A stretch of 58,793 nucleotides of DNA from the NCBI GenBank assembly GCA_003241595.1, contig QFOU01000002.1, positions 1 to 58,793 of the forward strand. The letters run 5' to 3'. The notes below the pieces were generated by a model that had not been told where the DNA came from, did no database searches, and was given only the letters and a program-made list of their open reading frames with translations. Positions 47,375 to 57,093 of the stretch are shown piece by piece (within the stretch, counting starts at the first letter, position 1; each line of letters begins with the position of its first letter). This DNA comes from Pseudomonas fluorescens. Lineage in GTDB: Bacteria; Pseudomonadota; Alphaproteobacteria; UBA2136; UBA6156. The position numbers were made by a program, and so were the translations under genes.

Positions 47375-47881
47375 TTGATGCAGCGCATTATGATCGTTGG
47401 GATTTCGGGTGCTGGAAAAAGCACCCTTTCGCGCTTTCTGGGGCACCGTTTTAACCTGCCGTATCATCATTTGGATAACATCTATCATTCGGCCGGATGG
47501 GTCGCGCGGCCCCTTGACGAGGTAAAGCGAGATTTTGATGCGATTGCTGCGCAGGACAAATGGGTTGTTGATGGCAATTATCGCAAGGCTAGCGCTGCTT
47601 TGCGGGAACGTGCGGATATTGTTATCTTTTTAGATTACGGCCGCTTGTTTGCTATCTGGCAGGTAGTAAAGCGCTGGGCATTCCATCATCTAGGCATTCG
47701 TAAACGCCCAGATTTGCCTGAAGGCAGCCCCGAGCAATTGCCCTTGAGCTTTATTGCATGGGTGTGGAACTGGCATGCCAACAATCGGCCTAACTGGGTT
47801 TTGGAAATGGCAAATATGGGTGACAAGGCCCGCGTTTTTACTTCGCGCCGCGCCTTAAACCAATGGATGAAGACTTTATAA
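47375..47881 (+). CDS. P-loop NTPase, adenylate-kinase/topology-modulation (FlaR)-like, copy 1
   Basis: IMIVGISGAGKSTLSRFL and WVVDGNY. Confidence 0.7.
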   Translation: MMQRIMIVGISGAGKSTLSRFLGHRFNLPYHHLDNIYHSAGWVARPLDEVKRDFDAIAAQDKWVVDGNYRKASAALRERADIVIFLDYGRLFAIWQVVKRWAFHHLGIRKRPDLPEGSPEQLPLSFIAWVWNWHANNRPNWVLEMANMGDKARVFTSRRALNQWMKTL

Positions 47882-48393
47882 TGCAACGTGTTTTGATTGT
47901 GGGTACCAGCGGCGTGGGGAAGACCACGTTGGGAATGAAGATTTCGAAGATTTGTGGGTTACCGGCGACTCACCTCGACATGCTGGCGTGGACGGCGGGG
48001 TGGGTGCGGCGTGACCAAGCGGATTTTGAGCGCGATATGGATGCCGTTTTAGATGGCGAGCGCTGGGTTGTGGACGGAAACTACATCAAGAGCCTGCCGG
48101 CCCGCGTCGGTAAGGCGGATACGCTCATCCTGATCGATCTTCCTTTATGGAAGTGCCTGTTCCGCGTGTTCCGGCGCTGGTGGCGCAACCGCGGCAATAC
48201 ACGCCACGACCTGCCGGAAGGCTGTATTGAACCCCTGCCCTGGACGTTTTTGAAATGGGTTTTGAGTGCGCCGCCGAGCCATCAGGGCATTTGGTTGGAG
48301 GTGGCGGCGGCGAATCTACATGTGACCTTCCATCACTTCACCGAGGCGCGACAGGTGGATGATTTTGTGCGACAACTGGCTGACAAGAAGTAA
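47881..48393 (+). CDS. P-loop NTPase, adenylate-kinase/topology-modulation (FlaR)-like, copy 2
   Basis: VLIVGTSGVGKTTLGMKI and WVVDGNY. The start overlaps the previous stop (TAATG). Confidence 0.7.
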   Translation: MQRVLIVGTSGVGKTTLGMKISKICGLPATHLDMLAWTAGWVRRDQADFERDMDAVLDGERWVVDGNYIKSLPARVGKADTLILIDLPLWKCLFRVFRRWWRNRGNTRHDLPEGCIEPLPWTFLKWVLSAPPSHQGIWLEVAAANLHVTFHHFTEARQVDDFVRQLADKK

Positions 48394-48401
48394 GGCTTAA
48401 G

Positions 48402-49280
48402 ATGACAAAGATGACCGCCCCCGTATTACTGACCCCTTGCCATGTGGACTACGAGCTGCTGGACAGCGGGCATGGCCGTAAGTTGGAGCGCTTGGGTGAA
48501 GTGATCTCCAACCGCCCTGAGCCGCAGGCCGTGTGGGCTCCGAAATTGCCGGAGGCGGAATGGAAAAAGGCCGTTGCCGTCTTTGCGCCCAAAGCGAATG
48601 ATGAAGATGGCGATAGTGGGAACTGGGAAATTGCCAAGGGCGTGCCTGAGGCGTGGCCGGTGACGTATAAGGACCTCGACTTTTTCGGACGGTTAACGCC
48701 CTTCCGGCACCTTGGGTGTTTCCCTGACCAATCCCCGCAGTGGGACTGGCTGGAGCAAACCATCAAGCCCGGCATGACCGTGCTCAACCTGTTCGGTTAC
48801 ACCGGTGTCGCAAGCATGGTGGCGGCGCGTGCGGGAGCCGAAGTGACCCACGTGGATGCGAGCAAGAAAGCCATCAATTACGGTAAGGAAAATCTGGAAT
48901 TGAACCGCCTCACGGACAAGGTGAAGATCCGCTGGATGCTGGATGACTGCTTGGCGTTTGTGGCGCGTGAAGTGCGGCGGGGCAAGACCTACGACATCAT
49001 TCTGATGGACCCGCCGAAGTATGGCCGCGGGCCGGATGGCGAGCGGTGGGATTTCTTTGCCGGGATGCCCGGGTTGTTGGAAAATATTTCCAAAATTGCT
49101 GCGCCGAACGGTCATGTGTGGATGACGGCGTATGCGCTGCGGATTTCGAGTGTGGCGCTTGGCACTATGCTGAAGGAAACCATGCCCAAGGGAGAAGTGA
49201 CCGTAGGTGAGTTTGTGAGCGATGACAAGTTTGGGCGCGGCTTTACCAATTCCATGTGGGCCCGTTGGAGCGGCAAGTAA
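48402..49280 (+). CDS. Class I SAM-dependent (RlmI/RlmK-like) RNA methyltransferase
   Basis: LNLFGYTGVASMVAARAGAEVTHVDAS and MDPPKYGRGP. Confidence 0.8.
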   Translation: MTKMTAPVLLTPCHVDYELLDSGHGRKLERLGEVISNRPEPQAVWAPKLPEAEWKKAVAVFAPKANDEDGDSGNWEIAKGVPEAWPVTYKDLDFFGRLTPFRHLGCFPDQSPQWDWLEQTIKPGMTVLNLFGYTGVASMVAARAGAEVTHVDASKKAINYGKENLELNRLTDKVKIRWMLDDCLAFVAREVRRGKTYDIILMDPPKYGRGPDGERWDFFAGMPGLLENISKIAAPNGHVWMTAYALRISSVALGTMLKETMPKGEVTVGEFVSDDKFGRGFTNSMWARWSGK

Positions 49281-50089
49281 TGGCACGCATTGAACAAATT
49301 ACATCCCTTGCCAACCCTAAGGTGAAGGCCATTGCGGCGCTGGCCCAGAAGAAGGCGCGCATAGACAGCGGCCTGTTTGTGGCCGAAGGTTTGCAGCTGG
49401 TGGGCTTTGGGGTGGAAGCCGGTTGGGAACTGGATATGCTGGTGTTCAAGGACGGTGGTACGTATCAGCATGGCGGGCAGCAGGTGTTCGATCAGGCCCT
49501 GCAAGCCACCAAGCAGGCGTTTGCCGTGACCGGTGCGATTTTAGAAAAGCTGGTGCGGAAGGATAATCCGCAGGGGGTTATCGGGGTGTTCAAGCAGAAA
49601 ACCCTGCCGTTGGCGGATGTGAAGGTGGGCCACGATGTGTGGGTGGTATTGGAGGAAGTGCGGGATCCGGGGAATTTGGGGACTGTGATTCGGACCGTGG
49701 ATGCGGTGGGGGCGAAGGGTGTGATCTTGGTCGGCCCGAGCACCGATGTGTGGGCGCCGGAGACGCTGCGGGCGACGATGGGCAGCATCTTCCATGTGCC
49801 GGTTGTAATCACCGGACATGAGCCGTTCTTTAGGTGGAAAGACCAAAGTGGAGCGATGATGGTGGGCACGCATTTGCGCACGAAGACGGATTATCGGGAA
49901 GTGGCCGGTTTGCGGAATGGGCGTGGCCTGCTTCTGGCGATGGGCACCGAGCAGAGCGGTCTGAGCGATGATATGGCCGAGGCCTGTGACGTGCTGACCA
50001 GGATCGCCATGCGGGGCGGGGCGGAGAGCCTCAACCTGGCCATTGCGACCGGTGTGATGCTGTACGAGTTATTCCGCGAGAGTAAATAA
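49280..50089 (+). CDS. TrmH/SpoU-family RNA 2'-O-methyltransferase
   Basis: LEEVRDPGNLGTVIRT and ESLNLAIATGVMLYE. TAATG overlap with the upstream gene. Confidence 0.8.
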   Translation: MARIEQITSLANPKVKAIAALAQKKARIDSGLFVAEGLQLVGFGVEAGWELDMLVFKDGGTYQHGGQQVFDQALQATKQAFAVTGAILEKLVRKDNPQGVIGVFKQKTLPLADVKVGHDVWVVLEEVRDPGNLGTVIRTVDAVGAKGVILVGPSTDVWAPETLRATMGSIFHVPVVITGHEPFFRWKDQSGAMMVGTHLRTKTDYREVAGLRNGRGLLLAMGTEQSGLSDDMAEACDVLTRIAMRGGAESLNLAIATGVMLYELFRESK

Positions 50090-50091
50090 CG

Positions 50092-50121
50092 AAAAAGGGC
50101 GCCTGGGGCGCCCTGCTTCTT
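50092..50121. terminator. Bidirectional intrinsic terminator
   Basis: aaaaaGGGCGCCtggGGCGCCC followed by tgcttcttt. Confidence 0.75.
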
Positions 50122-50150
50122 TGTGGTGGATCGTTCAACGGTCGGCTCCG

Positions 50151-50387
50151 TTACAGGAGCATCATCGCCTCGTTGATATTGTAGATTTTGGGCGTCGTCC
50201 AGCCGCATGACGGCTTACCGATGGACCGTGCTTGAACTGGTGGTTCTGCAACCATTTCTGCGGAGTTGAGGTGGGCGAAACCGCGTGTGGGTTTCGGAGA
50301 TATTTGTTCGACAGGATCGCTCGATAGCTTCTGGAAGCGGGCAGCGTCGGCTGTGAGAGGATCAAGGTTATTGGGTGTCTCTGTCAT
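50151..50387 (-). CDS. Hypothetical 78-aa protein
   Basis: GAGG about 9 nt upstream and a terminator downstream. No family recognised. Confidence 0.35.
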   Translation of the reverse strand: MTETPNNLDPLTADAARFQKLSSDPVEQISPKPTRGFAHLNSAEMVAEPPVQARSIGKPSCGWTTPKIYNINEAMMLL

Positions 50388-50551
50388 GTTCTTCGCCTCT
50401 GTGGTTTTTAGAGTTAAGATTTACAACAACCGTCTTATTCTTCCAAAAAGGATGAAGTGTGTAAAGCGCTTGTTGCATTTTCTTGATTTAGGCGAGGCTT
50501 GACAGAGGGTGTAGAGTATAAAAGCGGGATAACAAGACGGAGGACGTGATG

Positions 50552-50944
50552 ATGGAAAAACTTCATTTAACCGAGGCAGAGTGGAAAGAGCGGCTGACCG
50601 ATGAGCAGTACCGCGTGATGCGCGGGCATGGCACCGAAGCTGCGTTTTGTAGTGAGTTGCACCCCGAGAACCGCGAAGGTGTTTATGTGTGTGCGGCGTG
50701 TGGATCGCCTCTCTTTTCCAGCAAGGACAAATTCCTCAGCACGAGTGGCTGGCCAAGTTTTACGCGGCCGGTGACGCCGGATGCGATTGAGGAAACCATC
50801 GACCGGAGTTGGGGGATGGTGCGGACGGAGATCCATTGTGCGCGGTGCGACGGGCACCTTGGGCATGTGTTTGAAGATGGCCCTGCCCCAACCGGTTTGC
50901 GCCATTGTTTGAATGGTGTGGCGTTGGAATTCGTACCTGAATAG
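50552..50944 (+). CDS. msrB: Peptide-methionine (R)-S-oxide reductase
   Basis: CAACGSPLFSS...GWPSF...HCARCDGHLGHVFEDGP. GGAGGA SD. In-frame starts at 50546 or 50549 are possible. Confidence 0.92.
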   Translation: MEKLHLTEAEWKERLTDEQYRVMRGHGTEAAFCSELHPENREGVYVCAACGSPLFSSKDKFLSTSGWPSFTRPVTPDAIEETIDRSWGMVRTEIHCARCDGHLGHVFEDGPAPTGLRHCLNGVALEFVPE

Positions 50945-51688
50945 TTAGGCCTTAAGCAACGTTGTAGTGAGGGCGCAGTGGTCGGAGACGCCGGTGTGCA
51001 GTTTGGCGTTTTGTAGTTGGTAAGATGGTGTATGGAAGAGGCCGTCGACCATCAGTTCGATATGGCCTGCGCGGTGGAGGGAACCATCGATACTGGTGGT
51101 GTAGTGGGCAGGCACGCCGTCGATAAAATGTTCGGCCAGAAGGCTGAAGGTGGCGTTGCCGCGCGGGGCGTTAAAGTCTCCGCACAGGAGAATGCCGCCG
51201 TAGGTTTGAGCCTCGGCTTCGGCCACCTTGATCAGTTTTGCGGCGGACGCGAGCTGGAAAGCGGACGCCTCGCCTTTGCGCGTGACATTGAGGTGTGTGG
51301 TGGCGATACGGAAGCCCTGACAGGTACCGGCGATAATGGCGTTATCAACACTGTTGTTATCTGCCATACGGTGACCGCGGTCTTCGATAAATTCGATCTC
51401 GCGGATATTCTGGCCGGTGCCATGGTAGTAAGTGGTGGAAACATCCTCCAAATTTGTCCAGCTGATGAGACCGATGCCTATAGTGTCGAGCTCGACTTCC
51501 GCGGGGTGCAGGCACATGGGGGCGTAATGCAGTTTATTGCCGATGAGATCCTCAATGAATGGGATATCCTTCGCACAGAGTTCCTGGAGGCAGAGAACAT
51601 CCGGCTTGATGGTTTTGAGGAAGGTTTCCACGCGGTGGAGGTGCTTGGAGCGCTCGATATTGATGGAGGCGATACGGAGTTGGGTCAT
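50945..51688 (-). CDS. Endonuclease/exonuclease/phosphatase (EEP) family protein
   Basis: ASINIERSK, CLQEL, CGDFNAPRG and SDHCALT. Confidence 0.75.
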   Translation of the reverse strand: MTQLRIASINIERSKHLHRVETFLKTIKPDVLCLQELCAKDIPFIEDLIGNKLHYAPMCLHPAEVELDTIGIGLISWTNLEDVSTTYYHGTGQNIREIEFIEDRGHRMADNNSVDNAIIAGTCQGFRIATTHLNVTRKGEASAFQLASAAKLIKVAEAEAQTYGGILLCGDFNAPRGNATFSLLAEHFIDGVPAHYTTSIDGSLHRAGHIELMVDGLFHTPSYQLQNAKLHTGVSDHCALTTTLLKA

Positions 51689-51711
51689 ATCGCTTTATAC
51701 CATAAAAATGG

Positions 51712-51740
51712 TAAAGGGCACCTGTGGGTGCCCTTTTTGT
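51712..51740. terminator. Intrinsic terminator after petC
   Basis: aaAGGGCACCtgtgGGTGCCCTtttt. Confidence 0.6.
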
Positions 51741-51749
51741 TAGGACAGG

Positions 51750-52475
51750 CTAATGGCCTTTCACGTCTTTCCAGATGGTGCGCTTGCTGGCGTAGAGCAG
51801 TGCGGTGAGAATGACGAGGTAGAGCAGCACGAAGAGGCCGAGGCGCTGGCGTTCGATGCGCTCCGGCTCGGCGGTCCATTGCATGAAGGTGGTAACGTCA
51901 TGGGCCATTTGCTCGACGGTAGCAGCTTTGCCATCGTGGTAGGTGACCATATCCGGCCCCGTAAGTGGAGCTGGCATGGCGATGGCGTGGCCGGGGAAGT
52001 ATTTGTTATAGGAGGCACCCGGGGGGAGGCCTTTGGGGAAGGCGTGGTGGATCTCTTCTTCCGTACCATGATAGCCGGTGAGCACCGCGTAGGTGTAGTC
52101 GGCGAGACCGGCGCGGGCCTTGTTCATGAGCGACAGATCCGGCGGAATTTTACCGAAAGTTTCGATGGCGGTGGCATCGTCCTGCGCGGTCAGCAGCTTC
52201 TGGTCGATGGTCATGTTGAGCGCTTTGGCGAGGGTTTGCACCTCGGCTTCGGTGAAGCCCGCGCGCATCATATCGCGGTGAGACACATACTTGAAGCTGT
52301 GGCAGGCCATACAGACCTGGGTGGCAACGGTGTAGCCGCGCAGCAGTTCGTTTTTATCGTAGGTGCCTTTGAGGCCCTCGAAGATCCATTTTTGCTCGGG
52401 TACCTTGACGCCTTCGGACGCTGAGGCTGCCAGCGGCAGGAGGACGAGAGTGAGAAGAGTGAGGATACGCATCAT
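51750..52475 (-). CDS. petC: Cytochrome c1
   Basis: Signal peptide, heme motif CMACHS and a C-terminal anchor helix. Confidence 0.85.
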   Translation of the reverse strand: MMRILTLLTLVLLPLAASASEGVKVPEQKWIFEGLKGTYDKNELLRGYTVATQVCMACHSFKYVSHRDMMRAGFTEAEVQTLAKALNMTIDQKLLTAQDDATAIETFGKIPPDLSLMNKARAGLADYTYAVLTGYHGTEEEIHHAFPKGLPPGASYNKYFPGHAIAMPAPLTGPDMVTYHDGKAATVEQMAHDVTTFMQWTAEPERIERQRLGLFVLLYLVILTALLYASKRTIWKDVKGH

Positions 52476-52489
52476 GGTCTCGGCTCCGG

Positions 52490-53698
52490 TTAGATGGTTG
52501 CAGGAAGTGGTTTAGCTTTTTCGTACTTGCTGAGGAGAGGCAGCAGGGCGAAGAAGCCGAAGTAGAAGGCAGTGGCGGTACGGGCGATGACCACATAGAT
52601 ACCTTCCGGCGGCATCATGCCGCACCAGCCGAGCAGCACGAAGTTGAGGATGAACAGCCAGTACACCTGCTTGTAGATGGGGCGGAAGCGGGCCGAGCGT
52701 ACCGGGTGGCGATCCAGCCACGGCAACACGAACAGCACCAAGATACTGCCGAACATGGCGACCACGCCGAGTTCCTTAATAGGGATGGCGCGCAGGATGG
52801 CGTAGAAGGGCAGGAAGTACCACTCCGGCACGATGTGCGCGGGGGTCACCAGTGGGTCGGCCGGGATATTGTTATCGGTGTGGCCCAGATATTCCGGTGC
52901 GAAGAACACCATGAAGGTGAAGGGAATCAGATAGACGCCGAGACCGAACATATCCTTGATGGTGTAGTAGGGGTGGAACGGAATGTAATCTTCCGCCTTC
53001 TTCAGGTCGATGCCGGCCGGGTTATTCGACTTGTGCTGGTGCAGGGCCCAGATGTGCAGGATGACGACGCCGACAATGACGAACGGCAGTACGAAGTGCA
53101 AGGCGAAGAAGCGGTTGAGGGTGGGGTCTCCAACCGAGTAACCACCCCAGAGCCAGACGACGATCTTATCGCCAATGAAGGGAATGACCGATAGGAGGTT
53201 GGTAATGACGGTGGCGCCCCAATAGCTCATTTGGCCCCATGGCAGGACGTAGCCCAAGAAGCCGGTCGCCATCATCAGCAGGAAGATGACGACACCGAGA
53301 CCCCAGAGGACTTCCCGCGGGGATTTGTAACTGCCGTAGTAGAGGCCGCGAGCCATGTGGATATAGACCACAATGAAGAAGAAGCTGGCGCCCACCATGT
53401 GCATATTACGAATGAGCCAACCCCATTCCACATTGCGCATGATGTGCTGGATGCTACCGAAGGCCAGACCGACATCCGGCTTGTAGTGCATGGCCAAAAA
53501 GATACCGGTGAGGATTTGAAGAACCAACGCAATACCGGCGAGGCTGCCGAAATTCCACATATAGTTCAGGTTACGCGGAGTGGGGTAGACCACCAGTGCG
53601 TTTTTGACGAGGGAGAGGATGGGCAGGCGGTCGTCGAACCAGCGGTAGGTGTTGCGGATATCCTGTTCGACCGGCTGGGGCGTAATATCGTGGCTCAT
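52490..53698 (-). CDS. petB: Cytochrome b
   Basis: 402 aa and multi-TM, with WNFGSL and [13 protein letters not shown] blocks. Confidence 0.95.
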   Translation of the reverse strand: MSHDITPQPVEQDIRNTYRWFDDRLPILSLVKNALVVYPTPRNLNYMWNFGSLAGIALVLQILTGIFLAMHYKPDVGLAFGSIQHIMRNVEWGWLIRNMHMVGASFFFIVVYIHMARGLYYGSYKSPREVLWGLGVVIFLLMMATGFLGYVLPWGQMSYWGATVITNLLSVIPFIGDKIVVWLWGGYSVGDPTLNRFFALHFVLPFVIVGVVILHIWALHQHKSNNPAGIDLKKAEDYIPFHPYYTIKDMFGLGVYLIPFTFMVFFAPEYLGHTDNNIPADPLVTPAHIVPEWYFLPFYAILRAIPIKELGVVAMFGSILVLFVLPWLDRHPVRSARFRPIYKQVYWLFILNFVLLGWCGMMPPEGIYVVIARTATAFYFGFFALLPLLSKYEKAKPLPATI

Positions 53699-53716
53699 GC
53701 GGAGTTACCTTGTGAA

Positions 53717-54292
53717 TTAACCGATGCGGATGGTGTTATCGTCGAGGAAGCGATAGGGCGGAACCTCGAGGTTTTTACCGGCGGGGCCTTGGCGCACGCG
53801 GCCTGAATCATCGAACTGGCTGCCGTGGCAGGGGCAGCGCCAGCCGCCGTGCTCGCCGCCGCGCATGGGCACGCAGCCCAAGTGGGTGCAGACACCCATG
53901 ACGACCAGCCATTCGGCCTTTTGGACACGATCGGCATCGTTGGCGGGGTCGAGGGTGGCAGTGGCATCACCTTTGCGGGCCTCTTCGATCTGGGCGGCGT
54001 TGCGGTGCCAGACGAAGACGGGCTTACCTTGCCAGAGGAAGGTTTTGGCTTCGCCTTCCGGAATTTCGGAAATGTTGACGTCGATGGTGGCCATCGCTTT
54101 GACGGCGCGGTTGGGATTCATGCTCTGGATAAACGGCAAAGCCACGCACGCGGCACCGGCGAGGCCGAAGGCCGTAGTGGCGTTGACGAGCAGAGCACGA
54201 CGTTCGGCATCGACATCGCCCAGCGGGGCTTCGTCGTCTCCGTTTGCAGTTACCGAGGTATCGGGGGTGGAATGAGGGGCGCGGGTAGACAT
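53717..54292 (-). CDS. petA: Ubiquinol-cytochrome c reductase Rieske Fe-S subunit
   Basis: CTHLGCVP and CPCHGSQF. Confidence 0.92.
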   Translation of the reverse strand: MSTRAPHSTPDTSVTANGDDEAPLGDVDAERRALLVNATTAFGLAGAACVALPFIQSMNPNRAVKAMATIDVNISEIPEGEAKTFLWQGKPVFVWHRNAAQIEEARKGDATATLDPANDADRVQKAEWLVVMGVCTHLGCVPMRGGEHGGWRCPCHGSQFDDSGRVRQGPAGKNLEVPPYRFLDDNTIRIG

Positions 54293-54458
54293 TGTATGAC
54301 CTTTATCGGGGGCGTTGCTTAAGCTGCCGTTGTTACCAATGGCTGAAATTATCCCACCCCTACACCCCCTGCAAGGGGAATTGCCTCAATAATAATAGGG
54401 ATTTGTGAATTGAGTATCCCCACTGGGTGAGTTCGCAACACCTTTGCAAAACTCATGC

Positions 54459-54486
54459 AAAAAAGGCACCCGCAGGTGCCTTTTTG
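54459..54486. terminator. Intrinsic terminator ending the flagellar/csrA-fliW operon
   Basis: aaaaaAGGCACCcgcaGGTGCCTtttt. Confidence 0.75.
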
Positions 54487-54501
54487 AAGTTTACTTCTGG
54501 C

Positions 54502-54975
54502 TTAGAGCTTGTGCTGGGTGCTGTAGCTCTTGTTGCTGAAGATGAACTGGGTACCCTTGCGGCTGGAGCTGTCGATCAGCACCGGTGCCTTGAGGTTTGC
54601 CGTGAGATAGTAGCTGTCACCCTGATCGTAGAGGGTCAGGATGGTCAGGAACTGGGTATCGGACTGCGGCATGTGGGTTTCGGCCAACGCTTCCGAGATA
54701 TCGGTGGCGGTGAGATCGACGCCCAGTTGCGAGGGATCGGCCACCAAGAAGGCGATCGACGGCTGGTTGACACATTGCAGCAGCATCAGCGGCGAATTAT
54801 CCACGCTGGGCAGTTTGGCCAGACCGAACTGGGTGCATTCGCGGAAACCAAACAGACCTTGGGGGAATTCCAGAAGACGATCTTCGCGCAGCTCAACAGG
54901 ACCGAAGCGGGTGTTGAAGCTGAGGGTTGCGCCATCCTTGTGGCTGACGTCGGAATGCATGGGTTCGCTCATCAT
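54502..54975 (-). CDS. fliW: Flagellar assembly factor FliW
   Basis: FPQGLFGFRECTQF, LLQCVNQPSIAFLVADP and LTANLKAPVLID. The ATG at 54975 has a GGAG SD. The track start at 55047 would overlap csrA by 47 bp. Confidence 0.8.
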   Translation of the reverse strand: MMSEPMHSDVSHKDGATLSFNTRFGPVELREDRLLEFPQGLFGFRECTQFGLAKLPSVDNSPLMLLQCVNQPSIAFLVADPSQLGVDLTATDISEALAETHMPQSDTQFLTILTLYDQGDSYYLTANLKAPVLIDSSSRKGTQFIFSNKSYSTQHKL

Positions 54976-55000
54976 TGCGGCTCCGTGGTTTTCGTTGAGG

Positions 55001-55357
55001 TTAGCGTTGGTTGTCGAGGTCGTCGTGGTTTCGGTTGTGCGCGTCATGGCCTACGTCCTGGTTCGGTTTGGTTTTGGCGTGAGCGATATCGCCCTTGCCC
55101 CTTCCCGCTTGTTGCAAGTTCCGTACCACTTTGCCCAGAACGTCGATATCGGCGCCGGATACGGCCGAATCCACGGCCAGGGCGGCTGCTTTGTTCTCGT
55201 CCTGAATCTTGGCAAAGAGCTCCTTGCGAAAGACGGTACTGCCGACCGGATATTCGAACCCAAGCTTCACACGTCCGCTCTTCACTTCCAACACCTTCAC
55301 CTCGATGGTACCGTTGATAACGATGGCCTCTCCGGACCGGCGGGTGATAAGCAGCAT
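55001..55357 (-). CDS. csrA: Carbon storage regulator CsrA homolog with a C-terminal extension of about 55 aa
   Basis: MLLITRRSGEAIVINGTIEVKVLEVKSGRVKLGFEYPVGSTVFRKELFAKIQ matches the CsrA core. Total length is 118 aa. Confidence 0.85.
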   Translation of the reverse strand: MLLITRRSGEAIVINGTIEVKVLEVKSGRVKLGFEYPVGSTVFRKELFAKIQDENKAAALAVDSAVSGADIDVLGKVVRNLQQAGRGKGDIAHAKTKPNQDVGHDAHNRNHDDLDNQR

Positions 55358-55533
55358 TAGAATGGGTTCCTTTCTGGCGCAGCATACCGGTTTATACGGC
55401 AGGGCACAATGGTGAGCCGTTGCTATTCCGGCCCAAGTTTAAGCTGAGTGCGGGATTGAGGGGGTGTCAGGGGTGACAGGCTAGAATATCGGACATTTCC
55501 GCCATTTTAAGGGAAGATTCCTGACCTGTTGGC

Positions 55534-55947
55534 TTAGCCTTTGATTTTAGCCAACTCTACGGCAGCACGTGTCCGCGCCTCATCCAGCGCCTGCTTTTGA
55601 TCGGCAGTAAGAGTCGATTCATCAACCTGACGGGTGAGCGCTTCAAGGCGATCGAGTGTGGCTGTAGGACTGCCGGAAAGCGCATCTTCCGCCAGCGTTT
55701 TCAGCGTATTCAGCAGCTCTCTGGCCTGCCCCTTTGCATCGCGCGGCAGCTCGTCCTCGATCGGTACAAAGCCGCCGGGGACGGCAAAGTTAGGCGCGAG
55801 CGGAGATGCGTTTTCGGCAGCGCCGCTGTCTTGCGCTTCATCCAGCATATCGGCGAAGCTGGGGCCGCCGGTAGCGCCGGTTTTGGCCTTGGACTTGGTT
55901 TTATCGGCACCACGCAGGCCGCCCAGGCTTTTGATATCGAATACCAT
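55534..55947 (-). CDS. FliX-like flagellar assembly regulator (tentative)
   Basis: Gly/Lys-rich N-terminus with SFADML. The C-terminus LDEARTRAAVELAKI resembles my recollection of alphaproteobacterial FliX. Sits 2 bp after fliR. Confidence 0.5.
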   Translation of the reverse strand: MVFDIKSLGGLRGADKTKSKAKTGATGGPSFADMLDEAQDSGAAENASPLAPNFAVPGGFVPIEDELPRDAKGQARELLNTLKTLAEDALSGSPTATLDRLEALTRQVDESTLTADQKQALDEARTRAAVELAKIKG

Positions 55948-55949
55948 AC

Positions 55950-56738
55950 TTATTCAGCTCCCTCTTCAACCTGAAACAGCGTGAGTTTAGCCTGAGTTGC
56001 CACAACCCACAACTGCAACATGGTACCAAGGCCGCCCGCAATAATCAGAAGACTAATCGCCATACTGACGGGAACGCTGACGAAGAAAGTTTGCAACTGG
56101 GGGACTAGCTTGTTCAGTACTCCGAACAGGGCGTTGGCCAAGACCCCTGCCACCACCACCGGCGCCGCCAATTGCAGACCAAGCTTCATGATAATGCTCA
56201 TCATCTCGACATAGGCGAGCGCGATATCCCCGACCTCCGGCAATACGCCGGGGCGGAAGACCCCATAGCTTTCGACGATCGCGTTAATCAGCTGGTGGTG
56301 CAGCCCCAAGCCCAGCATAACCACACTGGCGCAGAGCGTCAGGAAGACAGTTGGGGCTCCGGTGCTGGTGGCGGTTTGGGGATCGAACAAGCTGGCACTT
56401 TGAAAACCCGCAAGGAAGGCGATGAGCTCTCCGGCAAAGCTCATGGCGGCCATCATCAGGCGCGCGCCAAGGCCCAGCATCACACCTATGACCAGTTCTC
56501 CGAACATGAGCAGCAGCATGTCGCCGGTACGGGGCGGCAACAGGGGAAGTGTGGGAGACAGCAGCGGAAAGAGGATGAAGCTGATACCGAATACCACCAG
56601 CAAGCGCGCGCGGATGTTAATGCTGGGGTCGGAGATCGCGGGGAACACCATCACCGCAGCCCCCACGCGGGCCAGCAGTAAAAAGAACGGAAACACCAGA
56701 ACGGTGGAGAGGAACTCGGTTAACGGAAGGCCGCCCAT
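55950..56738 (-). CDS. fliR: Flagellar export apparatus protein FliR
   Basis: 262-aa multi-TM protein following fliQ. Typical FliR layout. Confidence 0.88.
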   Translation of the reverse strand: MGGLPLTEFLSTVLVFPFFLLLARVGAAVMVFPAISDPSINIRARLLVVFGISFILFPLLSPTLPLLPPRTGDMLLLMFGELVIGVMLGLGARLMMAAMSFAGELIAFLAGFQSASLFDPQTATSTGAPTVFLTLCASVVMLGLGLHHQLINAIVESYGVFRPGVLPEVGDIALAYVEMMSIIMKLGLQLAAPVVVAGVLANALFGVLNKLVPQLQTFFVSVPVSMAISLLIIAGGLGTMLQLWVVATQAKLTLFQVEEGAE

Positions 56739-56747
56739 GGCCTAGGA

Positions 56748-57041
56748 CTAAGCACCCGTACCCAGTACCGGCGTGGCTTCCGGCTGGACGATGCGGGCGT
56801 AGAGATCTTCGGTGAACTGCTGGAGTTCGCTGGCAATAAAGGGCATGGTCACCAGCAGCACCGCAAACACCAGAATGATCTTGGGTACGAAGGTCAGCGT
56901 GACCTCCTGAATACTGGTAAGCGCCTGCACCAGCGCAATCCCCAACCCGACGAACAACGCGACCAGCATGGTCGGTGCACTGACCCACAGCAGGGTCAGC
57001 ATAGCCTCACGGCCGATGGTGGTCACGATCTCGGGTGTCAT
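56748..57041 (-). CDS. fliQ: Flagellar export apparatus protein FliQ
   Basis: The core has two TM helices, with ALVQALTSIQEVTLTFVPK. The Pro/Thr tail is somewhat long. Confidence 0.9.
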   Translation of the reverse strand: MTPEIVTTIGREAMLTLLWVSAPTMLVALFVGLGIALVQALTSIQEVTLTFVPKIILVFAVLLVTMPFIASELQQFTEDLYARIVQPEATPVLGTGA

Positions 57042-57093
57042 GGCGCTGAATCTAGCACCGTTGCAGGCGAATTGTCTTGAGTCTGCTGAACGC

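Noticed and set aside
50499-50522. TTGACA ... TATAAA upstream of msrB, considered as a sigma-70 promoter.
   Set aside because: The spacer is only 12 nt, which is incompatible with a 16-18 nt sigma-70 spacing.
55486-55509. Sigma-28-like element upstream of csrA (minus strand TAAA...CCGATAT).
   Set aside because: The spacing is about 12-13 nt instead of 15, and the -35 half is only TAAA. This is too weak to call. csrA may simply be read from the flgB sigma-54 promoter.
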